From: Deltaproteobacteria bacterium
Lineage (GTDB): Bacteria; UBA10199; JADGCS01
Assembly: GCA_015228875.1 (NCBI GenBank)
Contig: JADGCS010000003.1
Coordinates: 20,473-84,472 of the forward strand
Length of the DNA stretch: 64,000 nt
Direction of reading: 5' to 3'
Within the stretch, counting starts at the first letter, position 1; every line of letters begins with the position of its first letter. Below the pieces are notes generated by a model. That model saw only the letters and a list, made by a program, of their open reading frames with translations, ran no database searches and was not told where the DNA came from. The position numbers were made by a program, and so were the translations under genes. This document shows, piece by piece, positions 57,535 through 64,000 of this stretch.

Positions 57535-59046
57535 GTGAAAGTAACCTTTATCAATCCCTGCCTTAAAAAGGGGCCTCAAAAAAACCAGATAGATGGCGGT
57601 GATTTTTCCTTTGGGATCGCCATACTGTCCGCGCATCTCAGACAATCAGGCATTGCCACCTCGCTCATTCAGATCACAAGGGACTTTACAGACAATGAGA
57701 TCCAATCAATCATCACAGCACACCCATCACCACTTTACTGTTTTTACATCCTGACCCACTTTCTCGCTCCTTTAAAACAATGGATCAGGGTGATCAAAGA
57801 GACAACAAGTTCGTTTGTGGTGTGTGGGGGGACAGCGGTGTCTGTAAATCCCGATGAAATCATGGAAGATCTGGGCGTTGATGCCGTTTGCATTGGTGAG
57901 GGTGATGAAGCCCTGATCGAACTCGCTCGCTCTTTTGACAGCGGTAAGATTGATCACACGATTCGCAATCTGTGGTTTCGCAACAAGGACACCATCATCA
58001 AAAACCCATTAAGACCGCTTTGGCGCAATCTCGATACGCTCCCCCATTATGACATGACCCTGTTTGATCTCCACAACCTCAGAACCATGAGATACAGGCT
58101 CCCCTACCTGCCCGTGATGGTGTCAAGGGGCTGCGCCTTTGCCTGCAGCTACTGCTCAAACAACCGTCTGCACGGCATCTACAAAGGGCTTGGCCGCTTT
58201 GTCAGGTTTATGTCCCCCAAGAGGGCCGTTGATGAAATCCAGCACATGCTTCAGTCATTAAACAAACCAACGACGCTCAACTTCTCCGATAATACCTTCG
58301 ACACATCCCGAAAATGGATCTTTGATTTCTGCCGCCTGTACCAAAAACAAATTGGTCTCCCCTTTCGGGCCATGGGTAGAGTCGAGCGGTTGGACGATGA
58401 GATATGCCGCATCCTTAAAGATGCTGGCTGTTTCAGATTCACCGTTGGAATCGAAAGCGGTTCCGAAAATATCAGATACAATTACCTCAACCGCAGGATA
58501 CCCGATCATAAAATACTCAAGGGCATTTTGGCCCTGCGCACAAACGGCATACAGACGGCAACCTACAACATGTGCGGCCTTCCCAGCGAAACACGCGAGG
58601 ACATGTTAAAAACAATCAAGTTAAACGCCGCAGCCAAAGTGGACTTTGCCAGTTGTTCGATCTTCTGGCCTTACAGGGGAACAGCCCTTTATGACAAGGC
58701 CGATGAACAAAATCTGATATGCGCAAACAGCAATCACCGCCAGCTCAGCAGTGTTTATGAAGATTCCATCCTCAACATTGACGACAAATTAAAGGCCCAT
58801 ATACGTTTTACATCCCAGTGCTTTTTTAAACTGGTCTACCTGTATCGGATGTGCCATGAAGGGGTGTGTCTCGCGAGCGACACGACAGAGGCCACGCTTG
58901 ACAACCTCTACCTTGGCGATGACAAGGGAGAGTTCATCAAACTGTTTTCTGTTCTTGGGCTCAATGATCTGGAAAACAACCTTTACGAAAAATTTGAAAC
59001 ACCGATCTTACACGATGTGTCCCGTATAACCGGTCACCCACAATAA
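57535..59046 (+). CDS. B12-binding-domain radical SAM protein
   Basis: GTG start; N-terminal B12-binding-like region; radical SAM CAFACSYCSNN. Confidence 0.65.
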   Translation: MKVTFINPCLKKGPQKNQIDGGDFSFGIAILSAHLRQSGIATSLIQITRDFTDNEIQSIITAHPSPLYCFYILTHFLAPLKQWIRVIKETTSSFVVCGGTAVSVNPDEIMEDLGVDAVCIGEGDEALIELARSFDSGKIDHTIRNLWFRNKDTIIKNPLRPLWRNLDTLPHYDMTLFDLHNLRTMRYRLPYLPVMVSRGCAFACSYCSNNRLHGIYKGLGRFVRFMSPKRAVDEIQHMLQSLNKPTTLNFSDNTFDTSRKWIFDFCRLYQKQIGLPFRAMGRVERLDDEICRILKDAGCFRFTVGIESGSENIRYNYLNRRIPDHKILKGILALRTNGIQTATYNMCGLPSETREDMLKTIKLNAAAKVDFASCSIFWPYRGTALYDKADEQNLICANSNHRQLSSVYEDSILNIDDKLKAHIRFTSQCFFKLVYLYRMCHEGVCLASDTTEATLDNLYLGDDKGEFIKLFSVLGLNDLENNLYEKFETPILHDVSRITGHPQ

Positions 59047-59053
59047 TCAAACC

Positions 59054-61018
59054 ATGTGCGGCATTTTTTTGCATTTGACCACCACACCTGATCCCGAAGT
59101 CCTTCATAAAACCTACAGAAATCTTTCCGCAAATCTCTCCCACCGCGGGCCGGATGCCATGGGCGTTTCTGCAATCCCTGCCAATCCTCACAGGCCTTTA
59201 AATCCTGTGATCAAAGAAAAAAACGGAGCAAACTTAAGTCTGTTCTGTCCACTCGATGACAGTTATTTTAAGAACTGCATGGGCTTTATGGGACAGCACC
59301 GCCTCTCGATTATCGATCCCGACCCAAGGGCCGGCCAGCCCATGACCGACGCCTCGTCCATGGTCGCTGTTGTTTTTAACGGCGAGATTTATAATTACAT
59401 CAAACTCAAGGCCCAGCTGCAAAAACAGGGGCACTGTTTTACAACCACATCGGACACAGAGGTCCTGCTCCACGCGTACCTCGAATGGGGGGACACCTGC
59501 TTTAACAGGTTTAATGGCGATTTTGCGATCATCATCTACGACCACAGAACCCGCCAACTCATCGGAGCACGAGACCGTTTCGGGATCAAGCCTCTCTTTT
59601 ATTATTGCGGCAACAACACAATCACCCTGGCGTCCGAACTCAAGGGATTTATTAATCTGCCGGGATTTGTACCCCAACTGAACACGCAGACGGCCTATCA
59701 TTACCTGGTGGCAAACTTTCCAAACCAAACCACCCTCCAAAATACCTTTCTCAAAAATATTCACCCCGTCCCAGGTGCCCACGTTTTTAAAATCAGCGCC
59801 AGCACCCATGCCATCACCTTTTCGCGCTACTGGGACCTTGACAACACGCCCCCAAGTCACAACAGCACTGACCAACGCAGCATTGTAGAAGGCTTTGAGT
59901 CTCTCTTTAACGACGCCGTAAAAATACGTTTACGGTCAGACGTCCCACGCGGACTCATGCTTTCCGGCGGTATTGACTCCCCCTCCATCGCGTCTTGCGC
60001 CGTCAAGACGGCACAAGACATCCCAAGCTTCAGCTGCGTCTTTAAGGGTTTTATAGAGGACGAATCCGTTTTGATTGACGAAATCGCAGAACACCTCGGC
60101 TTGATAAATATTAAACACGAGCAGGGGTTTTCTGATTTTTTTATGGAACTGCGCGACCTCGTCTGGCTGCAAGATGAACCCTTCACAACCCTTAATGTCT
60201 ATTCACAGTATAAGCTTCTCAAAATCGCAAGAACGCACGGGGTCAAGGTTATCCTGGACGGAACAGGTGCTGATGAGTTTCTTGCCGGATACACAGACTA
60301 CAGAATCCCTGCAGCCCTCGACACACACGACACATCTTTTCTGTCAGGCGAAGAAAAAATTCTGATTGATCACATCACGTCTCTGTCCAAAAATGAATTT
60401 TACAAATGGTGCGAGGCACATCAAAAAGACGAAAGAAGCGTCCCCTACATCAACAAGGACTGGAAACAAAAAAATGTCGTGCCTCTGACAGACATCGAAC
60501 GCCCCCTCGACCCGCTTTATATCGGACTGCATCAGGGTTCGTATCTTAAACATGCCTTAAAACACTCTCTGCAACAATCATGGATGAACAAATCCGTGGC
60601 ATGGGATAATCGGTATCTTGACAGAAACGGCATGTCGCTGGGCATTGAGGGAAGGGTTCCTTTTCAGGATCACAGACTGGTTGCGTACGCTTTTGGTTTG
60701 CCCGTGGCCCTGCTTCACCACAAGGGGCTTTCCAAGGTGATTTTAAGGGAAACACTCAACAACAGTCTCCCTGATCACATCACGTCAAATCCCTGTAAAA
60801 AGGGATTCACATTTCCTTTTGTATCACTGATTGCCAAAGATAATCATTACCACAATTTTTTTATGTCTCTGGCAAAAAATTTAAACCCGCTCATGACGGA
60901 GCTTGTTGAACCTCAAAAAGTCATCGCTGAACTTGACAGGATGAAAAACCAAATATCGTCCCAGTACAATCTGTGGAGGGTTTTTAATCTGTCGCTCTGG
61001 TGTGATTTATTTTTATAA
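59054..61018 (+). CDS. asparagine synthetase (glutamine-hydrolysing) family amidotransferase (AsnB/PseA/WbpS-like)
   Basis: N-terminal MCGI (Cys2 nucleophile); PP-loop LSGGIDSPSI; 654 aa. Confidence 0.8.
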   Translation: MCGIFLHLTTTPDPEVLHKTYRNLSANLSHRGPDAMGVSAIPANPHRPLNPVIKEKNGANLSLFCPLDDSYFKNCMGFMGQHRLSIIDPDPRAGQPMTDASSMVAVVFNGEIYNYIKLKAQLQKQGHCFTTTSDTEVLLHAYLEWGDTCFNRFNGDFAIIIYDHRTRQLIGARDRFGIKPLFYYCGNNTITLASELKGFINLPGFVPQLNTQTAYHYLVANFPNQTTLQNTFLKNIHPVPGAHVFKISASTHAITFSRYWDLDNTPPSHNSTDQRSIVEGFESLFNDAVKIRLRSDVPRGLMLSGGIDSPSIASCAVKTAQDIPSFSCVFKGFIEDESVLIDEIAEHLGLINIKHEQGFSDFFMELRDLVWLQDEPFTTLNVYSQYKLLKIARTHGVKVILDGTGADEFLAGYTDYRIPAALDTHDTSFLSGEEKILIDHITSLSKNEFYKWCEAHQKDERSVPYINKDWKQKNVVPLTDIERPLDPLYIGLHQGSYLKHALKHSLQQSWMNKSVAWDNRYLDRNGMSLGIEGRVPFQDHRLVAYAFGLPVALLHHKGLSKVILRETLNNSLPDHITSNPCKKGFTFPFVSLIAKDNHYHNFFMSLAKNLNPLMTELVEPQKVIAELDRMKNQISSQYNLWRVFNLSLWCDLFL

Positions 61019-61043
61019 TTCTGCCTGGAGTTGCAGCTCGCCC

Positions 61044-61736
61044 CTATTTTATGTTTCTCGCTGCAACGGTGTAGTACGAGACAGGTATTTCTTCGTCAAA
61101 ATTGACGTTTCTAAGTACAAAACCAATTTTCTCTGTTTCGAAGTTGTATTTCGTCAAAAATGCAACCGACTCCTCACGATTCCAGAACCGTGTGTGATAG
61201 CTGCTGTCTTTGTAGTTTATTTGATACACATTGTCCTCCACAAGCACAGCCCCCTTAAACTTTTTGTCCTCTGGGGCCATAAACGAAATCAGAAGACGGC
61301 CGTCTTTTCTCAGAACGCGTTTTAATTCCTGCATGGTTTTTTCGAGTTCCCCGTTTTCCACAACATTGTTGATGACACCCCAACAGAGCAGCAAATCAAA
61401 GGCATCGTCTGCAAAATCAATTTGGCTGCAGGAACCAGGTTTAAGATCCGCATCCAGCCCCTCGGTCTCAAGAAATTTTTGTGCATACACAAGGGCCGAC
61501 GGTGATGTCTCAATTCCCGATGCTGCAAAACCCTCCCGCGCAAAGAGAACAACATGCCGCCCCGACCCACAACCAACATCCAGGATTTTTTTTATGGAGG
61601 GATCTTTTTTGACGGTGGTGTAAAGATAAGAAACGAGGATCTCATCCGGGTACTTGAGGAGTTCCTGTCCCTGCCTGTAAATGGTTTCGTAGATTTGTTG
61701 ATTGATACGATCCCTTGTTGGAACTTCTTTATTCAC
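61044..61736 (-). CDS. class I SAM-dependent methyltransferase
   Basis: Motif I LDVGCGSGRHVVLFA; 230 aa. Confidence 0.65.
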   Translation of the reverse strand: MNKEVPTRDRINQQIYETIYRQGQELLKYPDEILVSYLYTTVKKDPSIKKILDVGCGSGRHVVLFAREGFAASGIETSPSALVYAQKFLETEGLDADLKPGSCSQIDFADDAFDLLLCWGVINNVVENGELEKTMQELKRVLRKDGRLLISFMAPEDKKFKGAVLVEDNVYQINYKDSSYHTRFWNREESVAFLTKYNFETEKIGFVLRNVNFDEEIPVSYYTVAARNIK

Positions 61737-61748
61737 TTTGTTTGGTGC

Positions 61749-62786
61749 TCAAGTTAAAATACATTCGACGATCTTTTGATTGCGCTCTTTACAACCATCG
61801 AAGTAATTTTCGAAAGCAAGCCCCCCCTCCCATGCCGTACACTTATGACACATGATATTGTGAGAGACAAGAAGCCCCTTGTTCTTTTTTATGATGGCCT
61901 CCCGGACCTGCTTGAATTTTTCTCCAAACCAGACATCCTTGACACCACTGTCAAAGGCATTCCCCGCACAGTAATCACCGCTCGTCGACCCGCAGACTGG
62001 TATGTCTCCATTGGACAGGATGACCAGTATTTTAAAAGGGAGCAGGCAGGAGGCAGAGAGTTCCCCGTCATCACTCATCCTGTCCTTTTCAAATCCTTTG
62101 CCTGCGCGGGTGTAAGCATGGGGCAAATAGATATTATCAACTCCCTTGCCGCTCCAGAATTTTGTAAAGGCCTCCGATTCGTTTTTGTTGATATCCATCT
62201 GTACAGAGCTGATACTGACAAATGTGCCTTGGCCAAGTGATTTATTTATGTCGATAAAATGCAGAATATTTTTAAGCGTCTCCTCGTAATAACTCTTTTT
62301 TTGAACACCAACAGGGATGCGTATCCGGTCATAAGTCTCTTTTTCAATCGAATCGAAAGAGAATTGAATCCTGTCAAGACCTGATTTAAAAAGGGCCTGG
62401 CTGGTTTTTTCATCAAGTAAAGTGGCGTTGGTGATGACCGAGACATGAAAGTTAAACTTTTTCGCATATGAAATCTTCTCAACGAGGGACGGGTCGATGA
62501 GGGGTTCTCCTATTCCTGTAATGGTGATTCTTGGAAAAAAACCCAAGGCATAAAACTCGTCAATAATTCTGACAAAGTTTTCATGAGTCATGGTCTTTAC
62601 ATCCCTTTTCATGTCCCCGCGAGAGCACATGGGGCACTGCAGATTACAGGCATTTGTTGACTCTATATAGACATGCTGGGGGAAAATACAAAATTCACCT
62701 CCGGTCAAAACAAACCTGGTAAAATCGATTTCGGACTCAAGAAAATGAGAAACTGTTTTTATTTGTGCCTGTGAATGGCGACTCAT
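61749..62786 (-). CDS. radical SAM/SPASM-domain protein
   Basis: CNLQCPMCSRGD (CxxxCxxC); C-terminal extra Cys pairs (CGSTSGDYCAGNAF…CHKCTAWEGG). Confidence 0.7.
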   Translation of the reverse strand: MSRHSQAQIKTVSHFLESEIDFTRFVLTGGEFCIFPQHVYIESTNACNLQCPMCSRGDMKRDVKTMTHENFVRIIDEFYALGFFPRITITGIGEPLIDPSLVEKISYAKKFNFHVSVITNATLLDEKTSQALFKSGLDRIQFSFDSIEKETYDRIRIPVGVQKKSYYEETLKNILHFIDINKSLGQGTFVSISSVQMDINKNESEAFTKFWSGKGVDNIYLPHAYTRAGKGFEKDRMSDDGELSASCLLPFKILVILSNGDIPVCGSTSGDYCAGNAFDSGVKDVWFGEKFKQVREAIIKKNKGLLVSHNIMCHKCTAWEGGLAFENYFDGCKERNQKIVECILT

Positions 62787-62938
62787 ACGGTTATGGACAT
62801 AAAAAACAGAGACGGGCTTTTTTTACAAAAAATTTTGTCGGGATGACTTAGGTTTCTTTTTGTTCGCTTTTTAAGCCACTGGCTGCGGTCGCTCCGGTTC
62901 AAATCCAGTTCAAAATACGCCACTGTTTTTTTAAAGTG

Positions 62939-63013
62939 TCGGGGTGACTGGATTTGAACCAGCGACATCTTGCTCCCAAAGCAAGCACTCTAGCCGGGCT
63001 GAGCTACACCCCG
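62939..63013 (-). tRNA. tRNA-Pro (anticodon UGG)
   Basis: Minus-strand CGGGGUGUAGCUCAGCCCGGCUAGAGUGCUUGCUUUGGGAGCAAGAUGUCGCUGGUUCAAAUCCAGUCACCCCGA folds as cloverleaf: 7-bp acceptor, anticodon stem CUUGC/GCAAG with loop UUUGGGA (UGG), T-arm GCUGG-UUCAAAU-CCAGU, discriminator A; CCA not encoded. Confidence 0.8.
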
Positions 63014-63223
63014 AAATCAATCGATGAATCCATCAACTTTAATAGACTACTATTGGGTCTTGGACATTAAGTCAATTTTTTCGATGGGGGTTACAAACTC
63101 TCCCAGACAATGCTGCGCGCTATCCATTTGTGATTGCCAAAAACACAATCCGGGTGTTAGGCGACACGTGATCACAAGACCCTGCAATACATAAATTTAT
63201 GTTCACCCTCCAAGGAGTCACCA

Positions 63224-64000
63224 ATGAATCACGAACTGCCTTTTGAGTCCTATCTGATATCCGTCGCCCGCCCCATTAAAATAACAGCACAAAAAGAACG
63301 TGAACAGATCATCCGCGAACAGTATTATAACCTCTTTAAAATACCCTCACCCAAGGTGATGATCGACATGCTCACAGATTCCGGCACAGGCGCGATCAGT
63401 AACGAGCAGCTCGCCGGCATCATTGTGGGAGACGAAAGTTACGCGGGCTCAGTCTCGTTTGAAAAAATGAAACGGGCCATCAACGATATCACGGGTTTTA
63501 ATTTTATCATCCCGACACATCAGGGCCGCGGGGCCGAGAACGTGCTCCACTCTGCCATCGTAAAAGACGGCGATGTCGTCCCGGGCAACACGCACTTTGA
63601 CACCACCAAGGCACACATAGAATTTAGAAGGGCCACAGCCGTAGACTGCACCATCGACGAATCAAAAGAAACCAGCAACGAACACCCCTTCAGGGGTAAC
63701 CTCGACCTTAAAAAACTTGAAGCGGTTTTTTTAAAGACACCAAAGGAAAAAATCCCCTTCACCCTTATCACCATCACCTGCAATTCGGGCGGCGGACAAC
63801 CTGTGTCCCTGTCCAATATTCTTGCCGTAAAAAAACTCTGCAAAAAATACAATATCAGACTTTTTTTCGATATGGCGCGTTTTGCCGAAAACGCCTACTT
63901 TATCAAGACGCGGGAAAAAGAATACCAGAGCTGGCCCATCCTCGATATCTGCCGCGAAATGTTTAAAGACGCAGATGGTGCAACCATGTCTGCAAAAAAA
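63224..64000 (+). CDS. tryptophanase/tyrosine phenol-lyase family (beta-eliminating lyase), 5' portion; continues beyond window
   Basis: ATG 63224 with AAGGAG RBS; MNHELPFESYLISVARPIK…DMLTDSGTGAISNEQLAGIIVGDESYAGSVSF…FIIPTHQGRGAENVL closely parallels TnaA/TPL N-terminal region; not in ORF track because open at window end. Confidence 0.75.
   Translation, partial: MNHELPFESYLISVARPIKITAQKEREQIIREQYYNLFKIPSPKVMIDMLTDSGTGAISNEQLAGIIVGDESYAGSVSFEKMKRAINDITGFNFIIPTHQGRGAENVLHSAIVKDGDVVPGNTHFDTTKAHIEFRRATAVDCTIDESKETSNEHPFRGNLDLKKLEAVFLKTPKEKIPFTLITITCNSGGGQPVSLSNILAVKKLCKKYNIRLFFDMARFAENAYFIKTREKEYQSWPILDICREMFKDADGATMSAKK

Noticed and set aside
62880-62930. Second tRNA gene on the plus strand next to tRNA-Pro
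   Set aside because: The segment reproduces only the T-loop, and its putative T-stem (CTCCGG / CCAGTT) cannot pair. There is no acceptor or anticodon arm, so it is a partial inverted copy and not a gene.

Overview
This 64-kb window looks like a gene-dense bacterial chromosomal segment with about 50% GC by eye, with genes on both strands and with no transposase, integrase or CRISPR array seen.

The recognisable housekeeping and metabolic genes are:
- mfd, the transcription-repair coupling factor
- serS, seryl-tRNA synthetase
- an NfnAB/SudAB-like ferredoxin:NADP oxidoreductase pair joined by an ATGA overlap
- an iron-sulfur flavoprotein of the Isf type
- a glutathionylspermidine-synthase-family ligase
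- a thioredoxin-fold protein fused to a multihaem cytochrome c
- tRNA-Pro(UGG)
- a tryptophanase/tyrosine-phenol-lyase family gene that runs off the 3' edge of the window

The accessory content is large:
- A signal-transduction kinase of the STAND type (Ser/Thr protein kinase, NTPase and TPR domains) sits in an apparent operon with two XRE-type HTH regulators. One of these is CI/LexA-like with a degenerate S24 peptidase domain. An orphan histidine kinase lies divergently upstream.
- There is a RelE/ParE-type toxin gene.
- A giant secreted protein carries cysteine repeats of the 'putative metal-binding motif' (MopE) type together with FG-GAP repeats.
- Several large proteins have no recognisable domains (990-4403, 5500-8934, 38136-41670).
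- A glycan or nonulosonic-acid biosynthesis cluster of about 11 kb spans 51.7-62.8 kb. It encodes a NeuB-like synthase, a WbqC-like protein, an AsnB-like amidotransferase, a GNAT, two SAM methyltransferases, an amidohydrolase and three radical-SAM enzymes.

The most unusual feature is a dispersed repeat family of about 89 bp, here called R1, present in six copies. Two copies are inserted in-frame inside coding sequences, one in mfd and one in a TPR membrane protein, and translate to the same peptide in both. This resembles Rickettsia palindromic elements.

Two further repeat families were seen. R2 contains a 15-bp palindrome, CAAGTTAGTAACTTG, present four times. R3 is a shared element of about 70 bp upstream of two secreted or hypothetical-protein genes. 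There is also a gene-fragment copy of about 170 bp derived from the STAND kinase.

The taxonomy cannot be fixed from the sequence. The MopE/FG-GAP repeats, Nfn/Isf, radical-SAM content and multihaem cytochrome c suggest an anaerobic or microaerophilic Gram-negative bacterium, possibly similar to a deltaproteobacterium. All calls are from reading the sequence and ORF translations without database searches.
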